Of a stretch of DNA of 64,000 nucleotides, positions 51,302-61,900 are shown one piece after another (within the stretch, counting starts at the first letter, position 1; each line of letters starts with the position of its first letter). Source of the DNA: PVC group bacterium (GTDB lineage Bacteria > Verrucomicrobiota > Kiritimatiellia > UBA8416); the NCBI GenBank assembly GCA_003567005.1, contig PXBF01000068.1:12392-76391 (forward strand). Reading direction: 5' to 3'. The notes beneath the pieces were generated by a model that searched no databases, was not told where the DNA came from, and was given only the letters and a program-made list of their open reading frames with translations. The translations under genes and the position numbers were made by a program.

Positions 51302-51691
51302 ATGTTCATCAAAGTACGAAATATGATAGCTATCGCCAGCATGATAGGAACGATTTTTGCGTTGACCGGTTGTGAGACAGAACCATCAGATCAGATTGCG
51401 ATCTCTGTTTCGCCCAACGCCGCAAACGTAAGACGAGGACAATCACAAGAATTTTCTGTATCCGGTTGGCAAGATTACACGTGGGAAATCTACGAGGAAC
51501 GAGGTGACAATGTTGGGGTCTTATCCACCCGTAAAGGGGAGAGAACCGTTTACACTGCGGTGAGTGGCACCAACGACGTAGTCGTTCTGCGCGCATATGC
51601 AAACGTGAGCACTGCAATCACGAATAGGGACGATGAAGGGCAGGAACGCTCACGGGTATTCGCAGAAGCCATCATCTCACATCGCCCGTGA
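51302..51691 (+). CDS. Small lipoprotein with Ig-like domain
   Basis: LTGC lipobox; ISVSP...SQEFSVSG..YTW. Confidence 0.7.
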   Translation: MFIKVRNMIAIASMIGTIFALTGCETEPSDQIAISVSPNAANVRRGQSQEFSVSGWQDYTWEIYEERGDNVGVLSTRKGERTVYTAVSGTNDVVVLRAYANVSTAITNRDDEGQERSRVFAEAIISHRP

Positions 51692-51695
51692 GCCC

Positions 51696-52517
51696 ATGCA
51701 TGCATCGTTAGATATCACCAGCACGACAAACCCACGCATCAAGCATAGTATCAAATTACGCCAGCGGTCCCACCGCGATGCAGCAGCGCAAATGCTGATC
51801 GAAGGATACCGCGAAATTCTGCGTGCAAACCGCAACCAACACGAAATCACCACTGTTTTCTATTGCGAAGAGCTATTTCAAGGAGATAATAATCATGCGC
51901 TGCTCAAGAGGCTGCACGCATCCGGCGCGACATGCATTCGCTGCAGCAAACCTGTATTTCAAAAGATTTCATACCGAGACAGACCGGATGGACTCCTGGC
52001 AGTGGCCCCGCAACTTCACCAGACACTTGCTGACATTACGCTTTCAGAAAAACCATTCGTCGTAATTGCAGAATCTATTGAAAAACCAGGCAATCTTGGC
52101 ACCATCTTACGCAGCGCAGACGCAGCTGGTGCAGATGCCGTGATTGTCTGCGACCGATGCACCGATATCAATAATCCCAATGTTGTGCGTGCAAGCATTG
52201 GCACGCTCTTTTGCCGTCCTGTTGTGGAAGCATCCACGACAGAAACCATACAATGGCTGCGAAATCACAACATTCAAAGCCTCGCGGCAACGCCACATGC
52301 AGAGTTGCTTTATACCGATGCAGACTGCACGGGAGCTGTTGCCATCGTGATGGGAACGGAGCAATATGGGCTTAGCGAAGCCTGGATGCACCAAGCCGAC
52401 ATCCAAGTCCGAATCCCTATGCATGGACAGGCAGATTCACTCAATGTCGCCACCGCCACCACAATATTGCTCTATGAAGTGTGCCGCCAACGGGAAGTCT
52501 TCAGTAAACCAAAATAA
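51696..52517 (+). CDS. TrmH/SpoU family RNA methyltransferase
   Basis: ITSTTNPRIK, EKPGNLGTILRSADA, MGTEQYGLS, IPMHGQADSLNVA. Confidence 0.95.
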   Translation: MHASLDITSTTNPRIKHSIKLRQRSHRDAAAQMLIEGYREILRANRNQHEITTVFYCEELFQGDNNHALLKRLHASGATCIRCSKPVFQKISYRDRPDGLLAVAPQLHQTLADITLSEKPFVVIAESIEKPGNLGTILRSADAAGADAVIVCDRCTDINNPNVVRASIGTLFCRPVVEASTTETIQWLRNHNIQSLAATPHAELLYTDADCTGAVAIVMGTEQYGLSEAWMHQADIQVRIPMHGQADSLNVATATTILLYEVCRQREVFSKPK

Positions 52518-53043
52518 TGAGCCCATAGAGGAAAACGGCAAGGGCCAAATCGATTACCCCCCATATCCGACAATGCCGATCTGATGGTAACAAGCGCGTA
52601 ACGGCCAAACGAAACCAATAGGGACCGAGCAATAAGGCTAACCCCATCACGACGCATACATAAGCAAGCACGGACATTACGACACTCCAAGGCGAGGGAT
52701 GCAAACGCGCGGCAAATAGAACAGGCGCTGGATATAATAGCAAGAGCGCACCCAATGCACGCGGACCAAGGAGCTCATCCATGTAATACCAGATAAAAGC
52801 AGCCAAAAAAAGCGCCACGGGCCAGACGAGCGGCTTCCACGGCTCGAATCGCCCAAGTGGCATCATATAGACAACCCAAGCTGCCCATAAAACGGCCGCC
52901 CCCGCTAAAAGGCGACCGCTCCATACATCACGCGGAAATCGTTCCAACCAATATCGTACCCGCTTGGGGGCAGCCAGTAAAGCAACCGATTCAGTTGTCA
53001 ATAAAACCGCCAAAACAAGTGTCCATGCTGCAAGTGCACTCAA
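52501..53043 (-). CDS. Hypothetical integral membrane protein
   Basis: About 6 TMs; FPR, DELLGPRALG, PYWFR; start uncertain (TTG at 53043). Confidence 0.7.
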   Translation of the reverse strand: MSALAAWTLVLAVLLTTESVALLAAPKRVRYWLERFPRDVWSGRLLAGAAVLWAAWVVYMMPLGRFEPWKPLVWPVALFLAAFIWYYMDELLGPRALGALLLLYPAPVLFAARLHPSPWSVVMSVLAYVCVVMGLALLLGPYWFRLAVTRLLPSDRHCRIWGVIDLALAVFLYGLIILVY

Positions 53044-53218
53044 TACCTCATCTCCTGTCTCAGTCTTCAATATCCTTATACAATACGTGCTCGTAGCATG
53101 CCCCGAGAAGAAGTAGACGGCAAGCATATCTAACCACATACCCTAACTTCCGTATTTTTAAATCTCCTCTTGTCCGAGTAAATGTAAAATAGTAAACTAC
53201 GAATAGTGGAGGTGTTAT

Positions 53219-53782
53219 ATGAAGACATGCATAATAGTCACATTGTTAGCATTGCTAATACAGACACAGGCTACACAGGCAAGTTCGCGGCGCGATATAG
53301 TACGCGGCGCGCTTGTTGGCGCAGCAACCGGAGCGCTGGCCTCCGAACTCAGTAGCGATATTAGCGCACGAACCGCCATCCCCGTTCTGGCCGGTGTTGG
53401 CGCACTCACCGGGTATGCCAGAAACCAATACCGCTATCATGAAGGCTACCGCTACAGTCCCCATTGGAATGTATACTATGGCAGGCATCCATACTACCAC
53501 CCTATGGGATACCGTCACCGCCATCGCCGCCGTTTCAGGACACTTCAACCCGTGCGAGTGGCACCTGTCACGCAGACGACTCCAAACACAAATGCATCTT
53601 CGACTCGATCGGTCAACAGGCACCCCGGCGTTTCTAGAATTCCTGTTTCTTTTGAGACGGAACGAGGTTTTCCGCTAACCATTACCATCACCAAAGTTGG
53701 AAACCAATATGTTGGGCCGAGAGGAGAAACCTACGACCAGATGCCCACCATCGAACAGCTACAACAGACATACAAACCATAG
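53219..53782 (+). CDS. Exported hypothetical protein with glycine-zipper-like and Tyr/His/Arg-rich segments
   Basis: GGAGG RBS, signal peptide, GALVGAATGAL, C-terminal YVGPRGETY. Confidence 0.75.
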   Translation: MKTCIIVTLLALLIQTQATQASSRRDIVRGALVGAATGALASELSSDISARTAIPVLAGVGALTGYARNQYRYHEGYRYSPHWNVYYGRHPYYHPMGYRHRHRRRFRTLQPVRVAPVTQTTPNTNASSTRSVNRHPGVSRIPVSFETERGFPLTITITKVGNQYVGPRGETYDQMPTIEQLQQTYKP

Positions 53783-54004
53783 CATCCGTTCCTATAGCTC
53801 GCCTTTTCTCCTATAGAACAAGCATATAATCAAGCAACTATACATTCATATTCACAGATCCAAAATACAACAGAATGTAAAATGGTATCGCTGCTAATCC
53901 GAGTCGTAGTAGAGAGATAAATCGGCGATACGAACGGAGCCAAGATACAAAAGTGTAAAACGATTTACTTGCACTTCTCCCCCGATCCTGACATCCTACG
54001 CACC

Positions 54005-54592
54005 ATGAAAAAACAAAAACAACAGGAAAAGCCGCCCACACCACCAGCCGAATGGGTGGAATTATACAGTGACTATTTATACCGCTATGCCCTCATGCGC
54101 TTAAAAGACCCGATTAATGCAGAAGACGCTGTACAAGAAACCTTCCTGGCAGGCATTAAAGGACTCAAACAATTCGACGGACGCGTTGATGTCAAGTATT
54201 GGCTGCGCGGTATCTTGCGTAATAAAATCGTCGATTATATCCGCAAGAATACACGCGAGCACCCTGTCAATAATGACGACGGACGGGATATCGTAGAAAG
54301 CTATTCCTTCGAAAAATTCGGCATCGCCGAGCGATCGCCGAAACCATGGCAATTTGCGCCTGAACGGGAATTTGAAAAAGGGGAATTCTGGGAAGCATTT
54401 GAAAAGTGCCTATCCAAACTCAGCGATACAATGCGTCAGGCGTTTGTCTTGAAAATGGTCGATGGAATGGATTCAGAATCGGTATGTAAGGCATTAAATA
54501 TCCAGCCGAACAATTTGTGGGTCTTAAATCATAGGGCAAGAGCGCAATTGAAAGCTTGTCTGGAATCTAACTGGGATCGCGAAGAGGATTAA
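54005..54592 (+). CDS. ECF sigma-70 factor
   Basis: LYRYA, AEDAVQETFLAG, WLRGILRNKIVD, LWVLNHRARAQLKACLE. Confidence 0.93.
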   Translation: MKKQKQQEKPPTPPAEWVELYSDYLYRYALMRLKDPINAEDAVQETFLAGIKGLKQFDGRVDVKYWLRGILRNKIVDYIRKNTREHPVNNDDGRDIVESYSFEKFGIAERSPKPWQFAPEREFEKGEFWEAFEKCLSKLSDTMRQAFVLKMVDGMDSESVCKALNIQPNNLWVLNHRARAQLKACLESNWDREED

Positions 54593-54853
54593 ATGCTAAC
54601 CTGTAAACAAGTATCTAAGGCTCTTGCCGAATCTGATTATAAAGAGCTGCCTCTATACAAGAGGTTGCTACTACGCTTTCATATTACCATCTGTTTTATT
54701 TGTAAAGGCTACAACAAAAACGTAATGCGCTTTCACGATATGGCGCGTGCATTTCGGCGCTATGAAGACGAAAAAACAGCCGAGGCCGCCCCCGAGAATG
54801 CAAAGAAAAAATGGATCCAAAGCATTGAGGTTAACGCTTCCACGAAAGACTAG
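54593..54853 (+). CDS. Zinc-binding (zf-HC2) anti-sigma factor
   Basis: MLTCKQV..HITICFIC (HxxxCxxC), directly after sigma gene. Confidence 0.88.
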   Translation: MLTCKQVSKALAESDYKELPLYKRLLLRFHITICFICKGYNKNVMRFHDMARAFRRYEDEKTAEAAPENAKKKWIQSIEVNASTKD

Positions 54854-54888
54854 CCTACACGAGGTAAGGGAAAAGGGCATACCTTTAG

Positions 54889-55017
54889 CCCGCATATCTC
54901 ACAAACTTCGTAGCGAGAGTGTGAAGCGTGCCTCATAGCGGGCTCGCCACGCAAGGTCGCGGACCCGATATGACGTGCGACTCGCACTCGCAGTAGATGG
55001 CTTGTGAGATATGCGGG
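54889..55017. mobile_element. MITE-like rod-shaped element, copy 2 (129 bp, internally deleted)
   Basis: Same 16-bp TIRs as copy 1; TTAG direct repeat at 54885-54888 and 55018-55021. Confidence 0.9.
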
Positions 55018-55068
55018 TTAGTAAAGGCACTTGGGTGACCAAGATGATGCATATTGTAACTTTTGGCA

Positions 55069-55179
55069 GGTAGGGCGAGGCGTCCGCGCCGAGCCGTTGC
55101 TCGGTAGTCGCGGCGCACCGGGGATCCTACTTCGTCCCGCTTGGCGGGACTTCGCAGGACAAGGCTGGTTCGCCCCACC
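55069..55179. repeat. Inverted GTAG-type REP doublet, second unit interrupted by a ~41-bp hairpin insert
   Basis: GGTAGGGCGAGGCGTCCGCGCCGAGCCG (55069-55096) versus CGGCGCACCGGGGA[insert]TGGTTCGCCCCACC. Confidence 0.65.
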
Positions 55180-55212
55180 CGGATTGGCAAAAAACAAACA
55201 TGAAGTTAAAAC

Positions 55213-55839
55213 CTAGGGCGCTTGCCGGCAGAGCGCCCAGCCTTCACCTGTTGATTTGTAAACAATGCGATCATGTAACCGGTTCGCACCGCCCTGCCAA
55301 AACTCCATAAGCGACGGTTTCAATAAATATCCGCCCCAAAACGGCGGACAAGGCACAGCCTGATCCCTGTACTTCTGCTCAACTTGATTATATTGCTCTT
55401 GCAGCACGCCCAATCCACCTATCGTCTGACTTTGCGGAGAACTCCACGCCCCCAATTGGCTACCGCGAGGACGCCCCGCAAAATATGCTTCCGATTCTGC
55501 TCGGGATAAGCGCTCCGCACGCCCCTCCGCTCGAATCTGTCGCACTTGCGTCGGCCACCAAAATGTAGCAGCAAATCGCGGATTGACAGTGAGATGCTGC
55601 CCTTTTCGACTCTCATAATTTGTAAAGAAGCGAATCCCACCGGCATGAAAACCGCGCATCAGCACAATACGCGCAGAAGGAGACCCATCAGGAGTTGCTG
55701 TTGCCAAGAGCATCGCCCCAGCCTCCCATGGCTCCGTTTTGCAAGCGTCCTCATGCCATATCGCAAACAGATCCATGGGATGCTCGGGTAAGGTGCTCCA
55801 ATCTAAACGTTCGTCCCGCCACTCTTTTGATTGCATCAA
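55213..55839 (-). CDS. pdxH: Pyridoxamine 5'-phosphate oxidase
   Basis: PSARIVL, FFTNYESRKG, RQIRAEG, RPRGSQLGAWSSPQS, EFWQG..RLHDR. Confidence 0.96.
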   Translation of the reverse strand: MMQSKEWRDERLDWSTLPEHPMDLFAIWHEDACKTEPWEAGAMLLATATPDGSPSARIVLMRGFHAGGIRFFTNYESRKGQHLTVNPRFAATFWWPTQVRQIRAEGRAERLSRAESEAYFAGRPRGSQLGAWSSPQSQTIGGLGVLQEQYNQVEQKYRDQAVPCPPFWGGYLLKPSLMEFWQGGANRLHDRIVYKSTGEGWALCRQAP

Positions 55840-55934
55840 TCACACTCCTGCTTTTTTTCACCTTATGGTTCCATTCAAACAGGACATCCTTACAAACCCA
55901 ACATGGACATATACGCAGACCGGCGAAAAAAAAG

Positions 55935-56198
55935 CTAACCTAATGGCAATTCGTCGGCATCCGGTGTGTCGCCATGCGGAAAGGACTCCGTTTCTACAGG
56001 CCCCTCCTTGGTTAGAAGCTTCTCAATCTTACGTTCAACTTCATCAAGTTTTCCCGAACAGAATTTGATCAACTTCTGTCCCTCCTCAAACCGGGCAATC
56101 ATATCGTCCAAACTTAATTCGCCACTTTCCATACCAGCGACAATCTCTTCCAGACGTGCCAATGACTTTTCAAAAGACACATTCTTTTCATTGCTCAT
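55935..56198 (-). CDS. xseB: Exodeoxyribonuclease VII small subunit
   Basis: SFEKSLARLEEIV..LSLDD..FEEG; follows xseA. Confidence 0.95.
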   Translation of the reverse strand: MSNEKNVSFEKSLARLEEIVAGMESGELSLDDMIARFEEGQKLIKFCSGKLDEVERKIEKLLTKEGPVETESFPHGDTPDADELPLG

Positions 56199-56201
56199 AC
56201 C

Positions 56202-57557
56202 CTATCCTTTCTCCTTGCCCTCTACAACACGCGCCAATACTTCGCCTTTCGCCAATCGCGTCCGTACATGATCACCCGCTCTAACAGCAGAAGCGTCCCG
56301 CAAGATCGTTCCATCATCCAGTCGCGTAACCGAATATCCACGTTGCAAAACAGCTAAAGGATTCAGTGCCCGGAGTTGCAACGTCAAACGTTGCACCTCT
56401 TGTGTCGCACGCTGCTGCCGTAATCGTAACGCCTGCTCCATATGGCGCGAAGAAGTCTCGAGCCCCTGACGTCCTGCTTGCATAGCCGAACGACTGCGCT
56501 GCTGCAAGGTACTGCTGACCCAATCCAATGATTGCTGCGCCGACTGCATACTTCCGCGTAATTCACGACGCATGCGCTGATCCACAGTATCCATGCGTTC
56601 CCGATACCGCGCGACGGCATTGCTGGGCTCCCGAAATACATAGTGCTGTGCGGAACGCGTCAAACGATGTTTTGCCCGCTCCAGCACATGCTGCATGCAC
56701 CCCTCCAAGCGCCGACCGTATTCCGCAAGCATATCCGTAAAGGCATCTTTACGACCAACCACCAATTCTGCTGCCGCCGATGGCGTAGGAGCGCGCACAT
56801 CTGCCACGAAATCACAAATAGTAAAATCGATTTCATGTCCAACAGCAGAAATAACGGGAATCTGCGAACGATCAACAGCCCGAGCAACCACCTCCTCATT
56901 GAACGACCACAAATCCTCCAAACTGCCGCCACCCCGACCAACAATCAGAACATCCAAACCGCCAATTTCATTCAACCGTCCGATCGCTGCGGCCACTTCC
57001 TCTGCAGCACCATCGCCTTGCACCTTTACGGGCGCTAGTAATACATGAAGATTGGGGAAACGACGGGTCACAACGTTCAAAATATCGCGAATAGCCGCCC
57101 CCGTTGCAGATGTAACCACCCCTACATGCTGAGGAAGCAAGGGTAAGGGCTTTTTGCGCGATGCCGCAAAAAGCCCTTCCTCTGCCAATCGTTTCTTCAA
57201 AGCTTCAAACTGCGCTTGCAGGGAACCTTTTCCGCCAGGTTCCATGCGGCGAATTAAAATCTGATAATTGCCGCGTTTTTCATATACGGTAATTTCACCA
57301 AAAGCACGTACTACATCGCCACTTTTGGGGGTAAACCCCAGCCCCCGCTGACTCCCCTTGAACATGACAGCCTGAATTTGCGCCCCTTCATCCTTGATCG
57401 TAAAATACATGTGCCCTGAGGCAGGACGCGCCAAGTTGGAAATTTCCCCCTCGACCCCGACAGCACCGAATCCTCTCTCAAGCGTCCCCTTGATCCGGCG
57501 TGTCAACTCGCTGACACTCCATATTGAATCATTTCTCTCCATCAAACCTTTGCTCAC
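56202..57557 (-). CDS. xseA: Exodeoxyribonuclease VII large subunit
   Basis: VEGEISN..SGHMYF, VQG, GRGGGSLEDLWSFNEE, SAVGHEID, PTPSAAAE, LQRGYS. Confidence 0.97.
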   Translation of the reverse strand: MSKGLMERNDSIWSVSELTRRIKGTLERGFGAVGVEGEISNLARPASGHMYFTIKDEGAQIQAVMFKGSQRGLGFTPKSGDVVRAFGEITVYEKRGNYQILIRRMEPGGKGSLQAQFEALKKRLAEEGLFAASRKKPLPLLPQHVGVVTSATGAAIRDILNVVTRRFPNLHVLLAPVKVQGDGAAEEVAAAIGRLNEIGGLDVLIVGRGGGSLEDLWSFNEEVVARAVDRSQIPVISAVGHEIDFTICDFVADVRAPTPSAAAELVVGRKDAFTDMLAEYGRRLEGCMQHVLERAKHRLTRSAQHYVFREPSNAVARYRERMDTVDQRMRRELRGSMQSAQQSLDWVSSTLQQRSRSAMQAGRQGLETSSRHMEQALRLRQQRATQEVQRLTLQLRALNPLAVLQRGYSVTRLDDGTILRDASAVRAGDHVRTRLAKGEVLARVVEGKEKG

Positions 57558-57647
57558 TTCCCTGTTTCGGTAACATTATGGCAGAGAGTAAACTAACGAG
57601 GATCTCCTCAGTCGCCAAGCACACATTTATGCGCCACGCACAAACAG

Positions 57648-57676
57648 AAAAAAAGCGCCTGGATCATCCAGACGCT
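57648..57676 (-). terminator. Intrinsic terminator after YeeE/YedE pair
   Basis: Minus strand AGCGTCTGGATGATCCAGGCGC followed by T7. Confidence 0.8.
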
Positions 57677-57698
57677 CCGCAGCACATTGTAAACGCAT

Positions 57699-58229
57699 CT
57701 ACAAATTCTTCTTCTCGAAGAATACAAAGACGCCAAGCACAAGACACCAGAACGCCACCACGACAAACCAAGGATTCAGCCCAACCATTTCTGGAACCCC
57801 CAAGTTACCAAAATCTTTCCAAGCCATCACAGTGCGCGAAAGCCAAGGATAAAGTTCAGCAAAAACGGCAGCCCCGATCACCATTCCGATAACGGCAAAT
57901 ATAGCATGCCATCGGCCTTCCCCAATCGCCCCCATAGAGGTTCCCGGACAATAGCCCATGATCGCCCAACCAATACCGAAAAGCAAACCGCCGATGATTA
58001 CAGCCCCCATGTTCATGGGTTTGTGACTGAAAGAGTCTATCACGCCAAGTTCAACAAGGAGATGCAAACCCACACTACCAACGATAATGGCTGACAACAT
58101 GAACTTGAGAATCGTCATATCTTTCAGCAACATCGCACCCAGTTGCTTCTCATAGCGAAGCACACGCCCCTTCTGCAACAAAAACCCAAAAATCACACCT
58201 GTAACCAATCCTAGAATCAGCCTATCCAT
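57699..58229 (-). CDS. YeeE/YedE-family sulfur transporter subunit
   Basis: FGFLLQKG, GGLLFGIGWAIMGYCPGT. Confidence 0.9.
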   Translation of the reverse strand: MDRLILGLVTGVIFGFLLQKGRVLRYEKQLGAMLLKDMTILKFMLSAIIVGSVGLHLLVELGVIDSFSHKPMNMGAVIIGGLLFGIGWAIMGYCPGTSMGAIGEGRWHAIFAVIGMVIGAAVFAELYPWLSRTVMAWKDFGNLGVPEMVGLNPWFVVVAFWCLVLGVFVFFEKKNL

Positions 58230-58773
58230 GACGTTTCCCTCCTTTGAATACGAGTTGTGCAACGACTACACCTGTACCGAAGAAAAAGGCCAACGCCACA
58301 AAACCGCTTACGGAAAGCTGCATCAGGCCACTTAGACCATGACCACTTGGACATCCATCGGCTAACCGTGCACCGATCATGGCAATCATACCGCCGAGCA
58401 CTGCGCCGACCGCACGTACGCCTATAGAAGATCCAAAGCGATCACGCCAAATAGGGGGTGAGGATTCAGTCTCAAAACTGCGATCTGTCAAAGATGCCAG
58501 CAAGGCCCCAATCAAGATTCCGATTACAATCATGTACTGCCAATCAATCTGCGGCGGGGTTTGCTGATAATAAGGGTTCGCCGCCACACGATCGGGCAAA
58601 ATGGCACGATGGACATAACCCGCTGCCCGCACGAACGTAGTCGAAGCCCCCAGAAAACTGGTCTGCCCAGTTATTCCGGTCGTTGCCCAAGCCGAACCCA
58701 CTGCAAGTAACCCTACGAGTGCACCTGCCAGATAGGGACTCCAGCCGCCACCTTCCTGCTTCCATTTCATCAT
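58222..58773 (-). CDS. YeeE/YedE-family sulfur transporter subunit
   Basis: WSPYLAG, LGAST, GARLADGCPSGHGLSG. Confidence 0.9.
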   Translation of the reverse strand: MMKWKQEGGGWSPYLAGALVGLLAVGSAWATTGITGQTSFLGASTTFVRAAGYVHRAILPDRVAANPYYQQTPPQIDWQYMIVIGILIGALLASLTDRSFETESSPPIWRDRFGSSIGVRAVGAVLGGMIAMIGARLADGCPSGHGLSGLMQLSVSGFVALAFFFGTGVVVAQLVFKGGKRHG

Positions 58774-58996
58774 GACCTCCCCCTGTAATTCACATGTCTA
58801 TCTCAAAACAACCACCGACACTTTACGGTAGTTGCAAAGGGCATTAAGTTTCACAATGTGCTAATTAAACAAAAAGGACATAAACGTACAAGACTATTTT
58901 ACTCATCTTACATAAAACCATGCCCATTCACGCAAAACGTAGTGATCCGATAGGGTGATCGTACCCCCCCCCAGAACGCAATTGTTTTATGGTACG

Positions 58997-61900
58997 CTAA
59001 AGTCCAATGGCAACATCGGATACCGTCTCATCAAGACCGCCCTGTGTGCGATTCCGTTGCGCTTGCGTATCGATCTGATACGTCGCACCATCGGACGTAA
59101 TGTAGATGGCCTGATCGCGATCGGTGCTCCATACGCGGACTCCATAATCTATATAGAATCGCCGGGTTACCCCGAACCGATCGAGTGCATCGCGCCCCTC
59201 GCGTCCCAGTACGGGACGTGGGTTACCGAACTCCAGAATGATATCTTCTGGTTCCACGGCAGCAAGCAATACCCCCGTCGAATCCTGTAATACACTGCGC
59301 ATACGCTGTACATTTCCTTGAACCGTGGGAGGAAAAGGCGCAGCCGCTTGATAAGGCGCAACCAATATATTTGCGCGTATATGGGCTGGATCCGCTGACA
59401 TAGCAAAATCGCGCTGCGCTTCGAGTTCCATCGCGCCAGGTAGTAGCATGGAAAATGCGCCATATAAAATGCGTACTTGCATCGAACGTGTATACCATGG
59501 GCCCTGCTCTGGCAGAACGGAGACCACTTCAATACGAAATATTCCCCCATCATGCTCTTCCTCAACCAGTACCGTCGGCTCTTCCACAGGCGTTGCCATC
59601 AGATTCCACGAAGCCCAACGGTTAAACCATGTGCCCTCTCGCTTGTGTAAGCGCTCCAACACAGATGGGCGTTGCGGCCATTGCGGATCCCCTGCCCAAA
59701 CAGAAAAGATGTCATCCGCGCGCGGGTGAGAATGATTTTCACGATCAATACTAGTAATTTCCGATCGTTCAAATGGTAAAATCAGGCTTTTTATACGCTG
59801 ATGCATCAGGATATAGGATAAACCGCCCGCTCGTTCTGGACGTGGGGATGAGGCTATGAACATATCCAGTTTGCCAATACGTTGATGCGAAAAGGTCGGC
59901 AAGATCGTTCGCATGGCCTCATTGCGCCGCCCCCGTTCATACTCCACAAACCCACTATCTATTAAATAATGCGCACCACCAGGACTCTGAACATGAATAG
60001 CACTACCATACCCCACCGGCAAAACGGTTACCTCCAAGGGATCTGAGCTATCAGAACGCCACGGTGTACCACCCCTCACGAGCAGGAGTAAGAAACCGAC
60101 CATAGCAATACCATAGGGGATCCAACGCTTGGGACCCTTCCATGAAACACCAAGTTTTCCGAGCAGTCGGGATCCATATCTTTGCACGGGATCCGGCCAA
60201 ACCAGCAGGGCAAGTACGCCGTAATAAAAGAGAAGCGCATAACCGGATGGACGCGGAACAAAAGGATGCGGGAACACGCGTGCAAAAACATAGGCCAACC
60301 ATAGGAACAAACTCGCCGCCAACCAATTCGCGGCATTCAGGAACAAGGCCAGAAGTGGCCCCAGCCCCGGAATCAACCCCAATAGGCCAGCGAGCACGCC
60401 AAGCTGTACCACCACGCCGATAAGCGGGATCGCAATCAGATTCGCATACATCCCCCCAAATGGCCACTGATTGAAATAATAGGCCGATAACGGAATCATC
60501 ATGCCGATTTGAATCGCAATCTGCGCGGCCATAAAGGTACCGATACTCTCTGGAATACGAGTAAAGCGGAATCGGGAATCTATGCCGATTCCTGTACGAT
60601 CACAGGCTCTCGCCACCCAAAAAACCAGCCCCCAAAACATGCTCCATGGTATCCAGAATTGCGCGGTTGTGACCAAAGCCCAGCGGATCGCGGCAAACAG
60701 GGTTGTCAGAACCGTGCATAGGATAACGGATGCAAAACAATTACCGCGCAACCGGCATAATTGCGCATAAATCGGTCCCGTCAACAAGGCCAGTGACAAA
60801 ATGGCACCAAAGGAAAGCGTAAACGATGGATCGACAACGACGAGCGGATTATGAACCAAAATCAGCGCTGCGGCGATTGGAACACCGGTTAATACGGATG
60901 AGCGTAACCCTTTATCCAGATAGGCCCATGTCAACAAAAAGAGGCTATTCATAATAACAGCCCGAAGTGTGGAAGGCCGCGCACCCGTTATGATCGCAAA
61001 TATAACCAATACGCCAATAACCACAGGCACAAACACTTGGCGGGGAAATTTGATCAAAGAAAAGATTGCAACAAACATAACCGTCAGAATCGTCACATGC
61101 AGACCGGAAACGGCCAGAACATGATTCACCCCGGAGGCACGGAAATCCGATACGATCTGCGCCTCGCTAGGGGCCAGACCAAATCGCTGCATCCAACCCG
61201 GACCTTCCCCGGGAAACATCACACCATGTAATCCATAACGTAAGCCAAGCGTTACACCGCCTAGAAAGGCGGACTGCGGATACGGCATGGTTGCCTTGAA
61301 GATACCCAGCATGCGATCACGTAGCCCTAAAGAAAATGCCACCAGTGGGTTCCCACTTCGTTGTGGCTGCCCCGTAGGAGCCAATAAAGACACTGGAGAC
61401 GGCTCTCTTGGGCGCGCATAGGGTCGCATAACCGCATAGATATTATGGTTTTGCATGAAACGGCGCGCGTCAAAACCACCTTCTACCGATGGACCACGCG
61501 CAACGGTCAATTCGCCCCGTATCACTATATCAGCCCCATAGGCTTCTGTTTGCGCCAAACGCGTAAAATTCTCGAGATTCGGATGTACCGTAACCTGAAT
61601 ATCCCCACCTTCCACACGATAGTATGGACCGCCAGCGGGATACTGAATGTAAGCAGGTTCGACCGTAAGAACGCTCTTGAAGTCATACACATTGGGATCC
61701 TGCGCAATGCGCCCTAACACGGTTACGTCAGACTGGCCGCGAGCAGGTCGGACAAAAGACCCGATATGATTAGATAAGCGAAAAACCGTCAGCGGTAGAT
61801 CCGCATCACCAACATCCCACAGTACATCATCTATACGACTAAACGGTTGATCCACACGAAACGTGGCACCTGCAGGTGTATGCGCCGGAATGTCCACTGT

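Noticed and set aside
51097..51342. N-terminal extensions in ORF track (DUF2723; also 6656-6790, 26219-26296, 39219-39314, 51633-51695)
   Set aside because: Overlap neighbouring genes; better downstream starts with RBS or family-typical N-termini.
58964..58972. C9 run downstream of comEC (also C9 at 31638-31646)
   Set aside because: One is intergenic far from a start codon, the other in a Pro-rich tail; no support for phase variation.
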